DNA of 64,000 bases, from the NCBI GenBank assembly GCA_965263035.1, contig OZ253580.1, forward strand, positions 2,592,001 to 2,656,000, in the 5' to 3' direction. Shown here piece by piece: positions 1 to 9,931 of the stretch. Position numbers and translations under genes: made by a program. This stretch comes from Acidobacteriota bacterium. GTDB lineage: Bacteria > Acidobacteriota > UBA6911 > RPQK01 > JAJDTT01. Numbering within the stretch: position 1 is the first letter of the stretch; every line of letters begins with the position of its first letter. A model generated the notes under the pieces. It was not told the DNA's origin. It saw only the letters and a program-made list of their open reading frames with translations, and ran no database searches.

Positions 1-290
1 GGATCCCCTCCCTGGAGACGGACCACCTCTTTCCCGGCGCGGGCCCGAGATACCATCAGCTCATGGATCTTCTCTTGGGAGAAACCGTAGTGCCCCCCCT
101 TCTTTCCCACCGGAATGGCCTCGGCGGAATCGGGAATCAGGTCCAGGACCCTGGAATCGACGAGCCGGTCGTAGATGACCACATCGGCACGGCTCAGGCA
201 ACGGACCGCCTTGACCGTCAGCAGTTCCGGGTCTCCTGGGCCGGCGCCCACCACGACGACACGTCCGGTGCGGGGCCGGAGGATCTTCAT
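1..290 (-). CDS. cobA: Uroporphyrinogen-III C-methyltransferase (SUMT), N-terminal part; runs off the window edge
   Basis: Not in the ORF track. Hand translation from ATG 290 gives MKILRPRTGRVVVVGAGPGDPELLTVKA...VIYDRLV...VVRLQGGD, the SUMT motifs. ATGA overlap with the upstream gene. Confidence 0.92.
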   Translation of the reverse strand, partial: MKILRPRTGRVVVVGAGPGDPELLTVKAVRCLSRADVVIYDRLVDSRVLDLIPDSAEAIPVGKKGGHYGFSQEKIHELMVSRARAGKEVVRLQGGD

Positions 291-862
291 TGCAAGCCTT
301 CCTCGAGCCGGGACCGGACCGCCGCCACACCGTGGCAACGGGCGGTTTCCAGAAGCTCCGGATCCCTCACCATCCGATTATAGTACTCACTCCGCTCCCG
401 AAAGGAGCTGAGGCGCTCTTTGACCAGTGGCCGAACCTCTCCCAGAGCCCGGACCAGATCTCCGTACTCGGGTCCGAACTGCGCTTCGAGCTGTTGCCGG
501 ATCTTGCGCGCCAGGGCCGGGCTCTTGCCGGAGGTCGAAATGGCCAGAACCAGATCTCCGCGCCGAGCGATGGCCGGAGCGATGAAACCGCAGTTGGGCG
601 TCTGGTCGACCACGTTCACCAGAATCCCCCTCCGGTCGGCGAACTCCTTGATCCGGCGGCCCAGACCGGGATCGTCGGTGACGGCCACGATCAGGAAGAC
701 ATTGCTCCGATCCGGATCGAAAGCGGGGTTCCGGAGGACCCGGGCGCCGGCCTGCTCCAGACCCCTCGCCTTCTCGTCGGCAAGTTCTCCCTCGCCGATC
801 ACCAGGCACGAACGGTCTCGAAGGTCCAGGAATACGGGGTAGTAGACGGGAGGGTTCGCCAT
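287..862 (-). CDS. Precorrin-2 dehydrogenase/sirohydrochlorin ferrochelatase (CysG N-terminal/SirC-Met8 type)
   Basis: YYPVFLDL, Rossmann-like LVIGEG, VNVVDQTPNCGFIAPA and AISTSGKSPALA motifs; adjacent to SUMT. Confidence 0.9.
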   Translation of the reverse strand: MANPPVYYPVFLDLRDRSCLVIGEGELADEKARGLEQAGARVLRNPAFDPDRSNVFLIVAVTDDPGLGRRIKEFADRRGILVNVVDQTPNCGFIAPAIARRGDLVLAISTSGKSPALARKIRQQLEAQFGPEYGDLVRALGEVRPLVKERLSSFRERSEYYNRMVRDPELLETARCHGVAAVRSRLEEGLQ

Positions 863-977
863 GGATTAATTCCGATCGGTTTAGTGCAAAATAGCCGAGC
901 TGGAGGCTTCCTGTAAAGCTGAGACGTCGCTTCCGTAGTAGACTGGAGGACAACCTGAGAACATTGGAGAAACAGGG

Positions 978-1340
978 ATGAAACGAAGAGCTTTTTTGGT
1001 TTCCTGGCTGCTGTTCCCGCTCGCTCCCGGCGCGGCGTTCGCGGCGGCGGGTGAGCCGCCCGCGACACCCACCGATCTCAAGGGCGTCAAGCGCTTCAAG
1101 GGCGCCATGGCCACCACCGAGCTGACCTGGAAAGACCGCTCCGACAATGAACTGGGGTTCGAGATTCTCCGCTCCAACGCCGGGGCCGAGTTCCGGGTCG
1201 TCGGGATCGTGGGCGCCAACTCGTCTCGCTACCGGGATGAGATCGGCAAGTACGTCACGGGGGCCTTTTCCTACAGGGTGCGAGGATTCAACCGGAACGG
1301 CAAGGGAAAGACTTCCAACACCGTCTCTCTGCTATTCTGA
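978..1340 (+). CDS. Small secreted fibronectin type III domain protein
   Basis: N-terminal signal peptide; PATPTDL...LTWKDRSDNELGFEILRS...YRD...YRVRGFN Fn3 pattern. Confidence 0.75.
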   Translation: MKRRAFLVSWLLFPLAPGAAFAAAGEPPATPTDLKGVKRFKGAMATTELTWKDRSDNELGFEILRSNAGAEFRVVGIVGANSSRYRDEIGKYVTGAFSYRVRGFNRNGKGKTSNTVSLLF

Positions 1341-1440
1341 ATCGGAGTTTACCCTCTTGCATGCAGGGGGAAACCGGAGGCCGGGTGACTGAAAGTCGCC
1401 CCTCCCAGTTCGCCCCCTGCCCGGAAGGGGGCGCCGAATC

Positions 1441-2397
1441 ATGGGCGGCCAGAATCATTCCAACCGATTCGTCTCCTTCAATCTGGAGCCGACCTTCCGC
1501 TGCAACCTGGAATGCGAAATATGCCCCCGATTCTCCAGCGAGGATCCCCATCTGGACATGTCCATGGAGACCTATCTCAGGATCCGGCAGGACATGATCC
1601 ACGCCCACACGGTGGATTTCACGGGCTGGGGAGAACCCATGCTGCACCGGAAGATCTATCGGATGGTGCGGATGGCAAAGGAACAGGGCTGCGTCACCAG
1701 CATGACCTCCAATGGGACCATCTTGAATCGGCGGAATTCGACGGCCCTGATCGAGGCGGGGATGGACCGGCTTACCATTTCTGTGGACGGCATGACGGAA
1801 GCGACCTACAACAGCATCCGTCTGGGAGCCTCGTTCGAGACGGTCACGAAGAAGGTGATGGAGTTCGCTCGACTGGTGAGGGAGACACGCAGCTCGTTGC
1901 TGCTGGGGATCGCGTTCACCCTCCAGGAGCAGAATGCTCACGAGCTGGATCTGGTGCTCCCCTGGATGGAGTCCTGTGGAGCCCGCGTACTTCATCTGAA
2001 GCAGTTGAACGTGGTCTCCAACTCATGGGACTGGGAACAGAGCTTTCTCAAGTACCGATTGGGACCGGGTCCCACCGGCGCCGCCCCTCTGGAAGAACTG
2101 GAGCGCCGCATCTCCCGGCTGCTGGATCAGGCTCGGCGAATGGGTATCGAGGTGGCGCTCCACTCCGAGTTCCCCATGAGTTCCCGGATGACTCCACGCC
2201 ATTGCCTGGCCACACCGCTGGAGTCGATCTACTTCTCGTACGAGGGCAGAATGGCCCCGTGTTGTCACTTCGGCCATCACGTGAGCCGGTATTTCGAGGG
2301 ACGGCTGGAGCCTCCCTCCTCCCTCTTCTACGGGGACATTCGCAAGCAGACTTTTAGAGTGAAGAGGAGCCGTTCGTCAGGGGGTCGGATATGGTGA
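1441..2397 (+). CDS. Radical SAM protein with partial SPASM/twitch C-terminal domain
   Basis: CNLECEIC (CxxxCxxC), GWGEPMLH, TSNG and ISVDG; C-terminal HC...APCC...YGDIRKQTF. Confidence 0.88.
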   Translation: MGGQNHSNRFVSFNLEPTFRCNLECEICPRFSSEDPHLDMSMETYLRIRQDMIHAHTVDFTGWGEPMLHRKIYRMVRMAKEQGCVTSMTSNGTILNRRNSTALIEAGMDRLTISVDGMTEATYNSIRLGASFETVTKKVMEFARLVRETRSSLLLGIAFTLQEQNAHELDLVLPWMESCGARVLHLKQLNVVSNSWDWEQSFLKYRLGPGPTGAAPLEELERRISRLLDQARRMGIEVALHSEFPMSSRMTPRHCLATPLESIYFSYEGRMAPCCHFGHHVSRYFEGRLEPPSSLFYGDIRKQTFRVKRSRSSGGRIW

Positions 2398-2513
2398 CGC
2401 ATCTCTTCGGATTCTCAGCGGAGCCGCGTCTCCAGTTTCTGCACTGATCTTCCCCAACACACGCCTGGGCACACCCTCCTCCGACGGCATTTCCGCCGGG
2501 GGAGCCCACGCCG

Positions 2514-5105
2514 TTACACCCGTCTCGACCTGCCGCCTCTCTTCACTCTTTTCTCTTTCCTCTTTCCTTTCCCTCTGGCCTGGTCTCGTTTCAGACGTCG
2601 ATTGAGAAGCTCCACGGCGAGGGGGACGTCCACGTCGGCCGGGTCCACGCCCTTCCCGATGGAGGCGTTGACCTTTCCGTGCTTGACGTACGGCCCGTAG
2701 CGCCCCTTGAAGATCTCGATGGGGACCCCGTCATCCGGATGCTTTCCGATCTCCCGGATTCTGGTCCTGGCGCCCCGCTTGGGGGCTGAGAGCAGTTCCA
2801 GCGCCCGTTCCAGTTCGATCGCGAACAGATTGTCCCCGGGGGCAAGGCTGCGAAAGTCCCGGTTGTGCACCACGTAAGGCCCGTAGCGTCCCAAGCCGGC
2901 TCTTACCGGCTCTCCCGTGTCCGGATGCTCTCCGACCAAGCGGGGCAGCGCCAGCAGGCGCAGGGCCAGATCCAACGTCACCTCTTCAGGAGCCGTGCCC
3001 GGCGTCAGTCCTTGGCGGGGCGGCTTTTTCCCCCGCTGCACTTCGCCTCGCTGAACGTAATGGCCAAAGCGGCCATCCACGAGGTAGATGGAATCTCCCG
3101 TCTCCGGATCCTTACCGAGCTCGGCCGGCCCCTGGTCGCGGCGGCGCAGGATCTCATCCGCCTGCTCGGCGGTGAGGTCGGCGGGGAGCATGCCCTCCGG
3201 GAGAGGAGCAGTCCGCCGGCTTTCGGGCCCGTCATCTTCCAGATAGGGACCGTACCGGCCGATCCGGACTCGCGGCGTGACGCCGGCGAGTTGGACGGTG
3301 GAAGCGACACGGGGGTCGATGTTGTCCTGTTGCGTCGTCAACCGCGCCTCGAATCCCTCCTCTCCCTTGTAGAAGCCTTTCAGATACTCTCGCCAGTCGA
3401 CTTCGCCCCGGGCGATATCGTCCAAAGACTCCTCCATTCTGGCTGTGAAGCCCATATCGACCAGGTCTGGAAAGTGGTTCTCCATCAAGAGAGTCACGGC
3501 AAAGGCAATGAAGGTCGGATGTAGATTCTTCTTCTTGAGCTCGGCATAGCCGCGGTTCTGGATGGTCGTTATGATCGCCGCGTAGGTGGACGGACGACCG
3601 ATCCCCTTCTCCTCCAACGCCTTCACCAACGCGGCTTCGGTGTAGCGGGCGGGCGGCTTGGTGCGGCGCTCGAAACTCTCCAGCTTCCTGAGATCCAACT
3701 CCTGCCCTTCGACCAGGTCCGGAAGGAGGATTTCCTTGTCTTCCAACACCGCGTCCGGGTCATCGGACCCTTCCACATAGGCCCGGAGAAATCCCGGAAA
3801 TTCGATGGTTTTGCCCCGGGCGCGAAATCCAGCCTCGGCCGCGCCGATGATGGCGGTCACGCGTCGCTGGCGCGAGGCGGCCATTTGCGTCGCCACCGCC
3901 CGGCGCCACACGAGTTCATACAGCGCCCGCTCCTTCCCGAAGAGATCGAGCTCGGCCGCCGTGTTCATCTTGGCCCCGGCCGGCCGAATCGCTTCGTGCG
4001 CCTCTTGGGCCGAACTCGAACGGGTCCGATAACTCCGCGGCCCGGGACTCAGGTATTCGCGCCCGTAGCGAGCCTTGACGGCGGAGCGGATCTGGGAGAC
4101 GGCATCGCCCGAGAGGTTGACCGAATCGGTGCGCATGTAGGTGATCAGCCCTCTCTCGTAGAGCCGCTGCGCCACTATCATGGTATCCCGCGCGCCCAGA
4201 TTCAGCTTGCGGTTGGCTTCCTGCTGAAGGGTGGCCGTGGTGAAAGGCGGGGCCGGATTGGTCTTGAAGAGCTTTTTCTCTACCGACCGGACTCGGAACG
4301 TCTCATCCGCCAGTCGCCTTTTGAGACTGTCCACCAGTTCGTTGTCGACCAGGAGGACCTTGCGTCTGGCCTTCAACCTGCCCGTGGCCTGATCGAAGTC
4401 GCGGCCCGTCGCCGTCCGCTGGCCGTCTACTTCCACGAGACTGGCGGCGAAAGGCACATTGTTACGGACACCCTGTTCGGGATGGGAAAGCCTGTCGTCC
4501 GCCGCCAAGTGAGCCTTGAGGTCCCAGTAGACTGCCGAGTGGAACGCCCGGCGCGCCCGCTCCCGTTTCACCAGAAGCCTCACGGCTACGGACTGGACGC
4601 GGCCCGCCGAGAGGCCGGGCTTGATCTTCTTCCAGAGCAGCGGCGAGAGCTTGTATCCGACGAGCCGGTCCAGCACTCGGCGGGCTTGCTGGGCGTCGAC
4701 CCGGTCCGTGTCGATTTCGCCGGGGTGTTCCATGGCCGCCCTGACGGCCCGCGGCGTAATCTCGTTGAAGGACACCCGTCGGAAGCGTCCGGCATTCGAC
4801 TGTTTTCCGGCGCCGAGCGCCTGGGCGATGTGGTAGGCGATGGCCTCTCCCTCGCGGTCCGGATCGGTCGCCAGGAGGATCCGGTCGGCTTGTTTGGCGG
4901 CCGCCCGCAGTTTCCGGAGCACGGGTCCCTTGCCTTCGATGGTCACGTACTCCGGCTCGAATCCGGCCTCGACGTCCACTCCCAGACCCTTCTTGGGCAG
5001 GTCGCGCACGTGGCCGACCGACGCCTCGACTCTGTATCCGTCGTCGAGGTATCTCCCCAACGTCCTCGCCTTGGCGGGCGACTCCACGATCACCAGATCA
5101 GTCAC
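2514..5105 (-). CDS. topA: DNA topoisomerase I with Topo_C repeats (no Zn ribbons)
   Basis: IVESPAKA, ATDPDREGEAIA, SAGRVQS, ITYMRTDS and GIGRPSTYA; C-terminal GRYGPY repeats and basic tail. Confidence 0.97.
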   Translation of the reverse strand: MTDLVIVESPAKARTLGRYLDDGYRVEASVGHVRDLPKKGLGVDVEAGFEPEYVTIEGKGPVLRKLRAAAKQADRILLATDPDREGEAIAYHIAQALGAGKQSNAGRFRRVSFNEITPRAVRAAMEHPGEIDTDRVDAQQARRVLDRLVGYKLSPLLWKKIKPGLSAGRVQSVAVRLLVKRERARRAFHSAVYWDLKAHLAADDRLSHPEQGVRNNVPFAASLVEVDGQRTATGRDFDQATGRLKARRKVLLVDNELVDSLKRRLADETFRVRSVEKKLFKTNPAPPFTTATLQQEANRKLNLGARDTMIVAQRLYERGLITYMRTDSVNLSGDAVSQIRSAVKARYGREYLSPGPRSYRTRSSSAQEAHEAIRPAGAKMNTAAELDLFGKERALYELVWRRAVATQMAASRQRRVTAIIGAAEAGFRARGKTIEFPGFLRAYVEGSDDPDAVLEDKEILLPDLVEGQELDLRKLESFERRTKPPARYTEAALVKALEEKGIGRPSTYAAIITTIQNRGYAELKKKNLHPTFIAFAVTLLMENHFPDLVDMGFTARMEESLDDIARGEVDWREYLKGFYKGEEGFEARLTTQQDNIDPRVASTVQLAGVTPRVRIGRYGPYLEDDGPESRRTAPLPEGMLPADLTAEQADEILRRRDQGPAELGKDPETGDSIYLVDGRFGHYVQRGEVQRGKKPPRQGLTPGTAPEEVTLDLALRLLALPRLVGEHPDTGEPVRAGLGRYGPYVVHNRDFRSLAPGDNLFAIELERALELLSAPKRGARTRIREIGKHPDDGVPIEIFKGRYGPYVKHGKVNASIGKGVDPADVDVPLAVELLNRRLKRDQARGKGKRKEKRVKRGGRSRRV

Positions 5106-5215
5106 GGTCAAGCTGTCCTTTCCTTCTCAAGTCTGCGGCCGACGGCGCAACGGCGACCGTCCAAGCCGTCCCTTCTATAGCACAAGCGTCTCCGTCGAGA
5201 GCAAAAAAGATCGGA

Positions 5216-6319
5216 TCAGGACAGGCGCCGGCTGTATTGGCGGCCTGGACTCTGCCGGATCAGACCCTTGAGCTCCAGACTCAGAAGGATGTCGCTGAGC
5301 CGGGAAAGGTGCAGACCCGATTGGGCCAGGATGGCGTCGATGTGAAGCGTCGAATCGACGGCCAACAGGGTCAGCACTTCCTTTTCTCCAGCGGTGGTCT
5401 GAGGCGCCGGAGAGGGCTCGGCGTCCTTGGTCCCGAGCCGTTCCAAGACAGAGCGTGGGAGCTCTTCCAGCACGTCCTGGACCGACAGGACCGGTTTGGC
5501 CCCTTGTTGGATCAACCAGTTGGGACCCCAGCTCAGGGGCAGAGTGATAGCTCCTGGAACCGCCCAGACGTCCCGCCCCTGCTCCAGGGCGAGGTTCGCG
5601 GTGATGATTGATCCGGACCCCTTGGCCGCTTGCGTGACGACGGTCCCGTGTGCGAGTCCACTGATGATCCGGTTGCGGGCCGGGAAGTGGTGGCGCGCCG
5701 GGGGACTGCCGCGAGGAAACTCGCTGACCAGGCAACCCTGTTCCCGCACGCGGCGAAACAACTCCCCGTTTTCCGGGGGGTAGACCACGTCGATGCCGCA
5801 GCCCAGGACCCCGATCGTCCGACCTTCCTCCTGGAGAGCTCCCCAATGGGCCTCCGAATCGACGCCGCGGGCCAGTCCACTCACCACGCAGAGTCCCAGG
5901 GCCGAGAGTTCCCGGGCCAGCTTGCGGCTGACCTCCTTCCCGTAGACGGTGGGACGGCGAGAGCCCACCAACGCCACCGAGGGTTCGGACAGGGTCTCGA
6001 CCCTTCCGGCACAATAGAGGGCCGGAGGGGGATCGTGAATCTGCCGGAGGATGTGAGGGTAAAGGGGACTGTCCAGGGTGACCAACTGAAGGCCCAGACG
6101 TGCAAGCCGCCCCAGTTCCCGTTCGGCCGCCCGGATCGCGGACCCGCCGGCGATGGCGCCGATGGACTTTTCCGGCAGGCGGAGGCTTTGGAGAGATTTC
6201 CTGGACAGGCGGAAAAAGGATGACAACGGCCGCTCCTCCTTGATCAGGGACCGGATGACACGGCGAGGCAGTCCGGGGACGCGGGACAGAGCCAGCCAGA
6301 GCAGGGATTCCTGGTTCAT
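5216..6319 (-). CDS. dprA: DNA-processing protein DprA
   Basis: ALVGSRRPT, VVSGLARGVD, FPARNRIISGL and SGSIITA; usual dprA-topA order. Confidence 0.96.
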   Translation of the reverse strand: MNQESLLWLALSRVPGLPRRVIRSLIKEERPLSSFFRLSRKSLQSLRLPEKSIGAIAGGSAIRAAERELGRLARLGLQLVTLDSPLYPHILRQIHDPPPALYCAGRVETLSEPSVALVGSRRPTVYGKEVSRKLARELSALGLCVVSGLARGVDSEAHWGALQEEGRTIGVLGCGIDVVYPPENGELFRRVREQGCLVSEFPRGSPPARHHFPARNRIISGLAHGTVVTQAAKGSGSIITANLALEQGRDVWAVPGAITLPLSWGPNWLIQQGAKPVLSVQDVLEELPRSVLERLGTKDAEPSPAPQTTAGEKEVLTLLAVDSTLHIDAILAQSGLHLSRLSDILLSLELKGLIRQSPGRQYSRRLS

Positions 6320-6425
6320 TTCTTATTGATAACGCTGGCGGTGCAATATCCGTGGAGAAGAGGGGCTGTAGAGGGGACTTTGGAGGGGGGAGGAGTGTAA
6401 AGGGGGGACTGCTGTTATCCTTGAT

Positions 6426-6474
6426 CGGCGGTAAGAAAACCGCCGCTCCATGGCGACAGGAAAGTCGCCGCTCC
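6426..6474. repeat. Tandem pair of REP-like hairpins (GGCGRY-loop-RYCGCCGCTCC)
   Basis: ggcggt-aagaaa-accgccgctcc and ggcgac-aggaaa-gtcgccgctcc; same motif family as 18076 and 38923; a related copy lies at about 1383-1405. Confidence 0.6.
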
Positions 6475-6549
6475 TTGGCGGCTTTCACACCGGACTGCTA
6501 ACCTCTATTCCGCTTTTCGGAGTCGACTTTGCCGGGGGGGAAAGACAGC

Positions 6550-7374
6550 TTGCCGTTGCGGGTTTCGTTCATCGAGTTCCTCAACGCGGTGCCGCTGGGA
6601 TGGGGATTCATGGAGGGGCAGCACTCCGGGATCCTGAGTGTCGCTTTCGACGTTCCTTCCGAGTGTGCCCGCCGGCTGGCCGCCGGCGAGGCGGACGTGG
6701 GGCTGATTCCGGTCATCGAGTGCGGCCGCATCCCCGGGCTGAGAGTCCTTCCCGATATCTGCATCGCTTCCAGGCAGGAGGTCAAGAGCGTCCTGTTCGT
6801 GAGCAAGGTGCCGATATCCCAGGTCTCCCGTCTGGCCGTGGACCGGTCCAGCCGCACTTCCGTCGCGCTCCTGAGGATCATTCTGGAGAGGTTCCACGGC
6901 CGGGACTCCATCGAGTACGTGGTGGAGGATCCGGATCCTGAGAGAATGTTGGAGCGTTACGACGGGGCGCTGGTCATCGGAAACGCCGCCATGCAGGTTT
7001 CGGGCGGTTCCCTCAGTGTCTACGACCTGGCCGCCGAATGGTTTCGGTTCACCGGTCTTCCCTTCGTCTTCGCCGTCTGGGCGGTGCGTCCCGAGGTGAC
7101 TCTGGGGGAGCGGCTCCGCCTCTTCTACGAGTCCCGGGAGAGGGGTCTGCGGTCCATCGAAACCATCTCCCGGCTCTATGCCGGCAGGCTGGGACTGGAG
7201 CTGGCAGAGGTGCGAGAATATCTACTCAATCTCAACTACGTCCTGGACGACAGCAGCCGTCGAGGTCTGACGACCTTTCTCGACCTGGCCTGGGAAATGG
7301 GCCTGATTCCGTCGGCTCCGGAGCTGGAATACTATCCCCTTCCGGCCCCGCTCCGGACCGCAAGCAAAGGTTGA
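6550..7374 (+). CDS. mqnA: Chorismate dehydratase MqnA (futalosine menaquinone pathway)
   Basis: FLNAVPL, VKSV, SRTSVALL, LVIGNAA and YDLAAEW..TGLPFVFAVW motifs; start uncertain (6529 or 6550). Confidence 0.9.
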   Translation: MPLRVSFIEFLNAVPLGWGFMEGQHSGILSVAFDVPSECARRLAAGEADVGLIPVIECGRIPGLRVLPDICIASRQEVKSVLFVSKVPISQVSRLAVDRSSRTSVALLRIILERFHGRDSIEYVVEDPDPERMLERYDGALVIGNAAMQVSGGSLSVYDLAAEWFRFTGLPFVFAVWAVRPEVTLGERLRLFYESRERGLRSIETISRLYAGRLGLELAEVREYLLNLNYVLDDSSRRGLTTFLDLAWEMGLIPSAPELEYYPLPAPLRTASKG

Positions 7375-8543
7375 TGCGGGTTCGAACGGGCCTTGACCTC
7401 TTTCTGGACCAGCGGCTGGACCTGGTGGCCGGCAAGCGGGTCACCGTCATCGCCCACTCCGCCTCGGTGGACTCCCGCATCCGCAACATCGTCGACCTCT
7501 TTCGGCATCATCCCGAGATCGAACTGGTTTCGGTCATGGGCCCGCAGCACGGCATTTACGGAGAGACCCAGGACAACATGGTGGAGTGGGAGGGTTACCG
7601 GGACCCGGACTCGAAGCTCCCGTTTCACAGCCTGTACGGAGAGACACGGCGGCCCACCCGATCCATGTTGTCGGAAACCGACGTCCTGGTGTTCGACCTG
7701 CAGGACGTCGGTGCCCGTTACTACACCTTCATCCACACCCTGGCCCTGGTCCTGGAGGCCGCGGGCGAGTCGGGGAAGGAGGTCGTGGTCCTGGACCGTC
7801 CCAATCCCATCGGCGGCGTCCAGTTGGAGGGTCCGGTGCTGGATCCGGCCTTCCGGTCCTTCGTGGGGTTGTATCCCCTGCCGATCCGGCACGGGATGAC
7901 CATGGGAGAGATCGCCGGCTACCTGAACTCGGAGTTCGCGTTGGGATGCTCGCTCCAGGTGGTCCCGATGCAGGGTTGGAAACGGGAGATGTACTTCGAG
8001 AATACGGGCCTGCCCTGGGTCATGCCCTCTCCCAACATGCCCTCGGTGGAGACGGCCCTGGCCTATCCGGGACTCTGCCTGCTGGAAGGGACCAACGTCT
8101 CGGAGGGGAGGGGGACCACGAGACCCTTCGAACTCTCGGGAGCCCCCTGGATTTCGGCTCCGGCTCTCGTTGCCGAACTGGAATGCGCCCGGCTTCCGGG
8201 AGTCCACTTTCGGCCCCTTTACTTCATTCCCACCTTTCACAAATGGGCCGGCGAGCGGGTGGGGGGAATCCAGATCCACGTCACCGACAGAGCCCGGTTC
8301 AAACCCTTTCTGACCGGGCTGGTCCTGGTGCGCCTGTATCGCGAGTTGAGCGACGGAAGGTTCGAATGGAAGCCGCCGCCCTACGAATACGAGATGGAGA
8401 AGCTCCCCTTCGATATTCTCTGCGGCACGGATCGCCTCCGGCTCCAATTGGAAGACGGGACGGCGCCTCAGGATGCGGCCCGGCAATGGCAGCCCCAACT
8501 TAAGGCCTTCGAAGAGGTGCGGCAGCGGTATCTGCTCTACTGA
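7374..8543 (+). CDS. namZ: Exo-beta-N-acetylmuramidase NamZ (DUF1343/YbbC)
   Basis: GPQHG, FDLQDVGARYYTF, LDRPNPIGG, RHGMTMGE, PSPNMP and SEGRGTTRPFE; TGATG overlap with mqnA. Confidence 0.92.
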   Translation: MRVRTGLDLFLDQRLDLVAGKRVTVIAHSASVDSRIRNIVDLFRHHPEIELVSVMGPQHGIYGETQDNMVEWEGYRDPDSKLPFHSLYGETRRPTRSMLSETDVLVFDLQDVGARYYTFIHTLALVLEAAGESGKEVVVLDRPNPIGGVQLEGPVLDPAFRSFVGLYPLPIRHGMTMGEIAGYLNSEFALGCSLQVVPMQGWKREMYFENTGLPWVMPSPNMPSVETALAYPGLCLLEGTNVSEGRGTTRPFELSGAPWISAPALVAELECARLPGVHFRPLYFIPTFHKWAGERVGGIQIHVTDRARFKPFLTGLVLVRLYRELSDGRFEWKPPPYEYEMEKLPFDILCGTDRLRLQLEDGTAPQDAARQWQPQLKAFEEVRQRYLLY

Positions 8544-8743
8544 TGTCGTGGCAGACGAGGGAAAACGAATGGGGCTTATATATCTAACTTGATGGATCGT
8601 CATGAAGATGTACTGTGAGGGTTCACACAACATTTCAGTGCCGAGCCAAGATGTCCAAGGGAGGGCTTCGGCGTCTGGATTGGATCAGATCGGTTTTGAA
8701 CCGCCTCTACAATTCCGCCCTGGAGGAGCGTAAGGACACCTGG

Positions 8744-8902
8744 GAGCCTGCGCCGCAGAAATTGATCTACTGCGAAAGCGGTAGAATCGGTCCATATTTC
8801 CCCGATTTCTCGACGAATAGAACAACTATGCACCTCCAGATCGAGAAAATCCGGCCTCGATTCCCCACTTTCTCGCTACGATCATTTCTACCGCGCAGAC
8901 TC
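8744..8902. mobile_element. 159-bp MITE nested in tnpB
   Basis: Imperfect TIRs of about 38 bp (GAGCCTGCGCCGCAGAAATTGATC... vs reverse complement GAGTCTGCGCGGTAGAAATGATC...); 4-bp TSD CTGG at 8740-8743 and 8903-8906. Confidence 0.88.
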
Positions 8903-9850
8903 CTGGGAGAAGGATGAGAAATCCGTGACTCTGTATGACCGGTTGCGGAGTTTGACGCAGCAGCGGAGAAACGATCCGGACGGGCTCGGGGCCATTGCCG
9001 TCAAGGCCGAAAGGGGGATGTTGTTTCGCTTGGAGCGAGCCTTCCAGGCCTGCTTCCGGCGCTGCAAGGCGGGAGAGGATCCTGGGTATCCCCGGTTCCG
9101 ACCGATCTCCAGGATGGAGACCATTGATATCGTCGATCCCAGGACGACGATGGTGAAGAAGCGGGCCCGAGGATACGCCATCCGTCCCCAGGGCTTTCCG
9201 ACGATTCGGTTGTTCCCGGCCCGGCCCTTGCCCGATGCTGAACTCAAGGCGTTGCGGATCGTCCGCAAGCCGAATCGAGTGTACGTGGATCTGACCTATG
9301 AAGTCGAGAAGCAGCCGATGCCGGGGTGTGCATCGGCGGTCGGAATCGACCTGGGTGTCCGCAAGCGGGCGGTTTTGTCCACCGGTGAACGAATCGAACG
9401 CAACACCCGGGACCGGGCGGAGATCAGGCGGCAACAGAGAAAGATTGCTCGGTGCCGGCGGCGGTCGAACCGGAGGAAGAAGAGAGTCCGCCGGTTGGCG
9501 GGAATGCGTTTCCGGGAGGGTGTACGCAACCGGAATGCCTGTCACCGGCAGACCACTGAGATCATCCGCAAGAACGGACTGATTGCGGTGGAGAAGTTGG
9601 ACATCAAGGGGATGACGACGAAGGGCTTGAATCGGGAGATGCTCTCACAGCAATGGGGGCTGCTGCGGAATCAACTCCAGTACAAGGCAGAGTGGGCCGG
9701 TCGGGAGTTCGTGGAAGTCAACCCACAATACACGTCGCAGGACTGTCACCGTTGTGGTGCCCGGAATCGACCGGGAAGGAGCGAGACGTATCGCTGCTCA
9801 GCCTATGATCTCAGAATGGACAGGGACCATAATGCAGCCCTGAACATTCT

Positions 9851-9931
9851 CAGGGCGGGGGTTCTTGCCCTGGGTGCCGAAACCTGGGCCAGCGGGCCGA
9901 GCGTGGCGCCGGAACTGTGTGCTGACGTCAA
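9851..9931 (+). ncRNA. Putative TnpB omega/reRNA scaffold core overlapping the 3' end of tnpB
   Basis: Hairpin CAGGGC/GCCCTG (9851-9872). Stem GGTGCC/GGCGCC (9873-9910) enclosing GGCC-AGCG-GGCC. Position is typical for omega RNA; boundaries are inferred. Confidence 0.5.

Noticed and set aside
1441-2397. Radical SAM as AhbC/AhbD/NirJ or anaerobic sulfatase maturase
   Set aside because: Proximity to siroheme genes is suggestive, but it lacks a full Cys-rich SPASM domain and no ahbAB genes are seen
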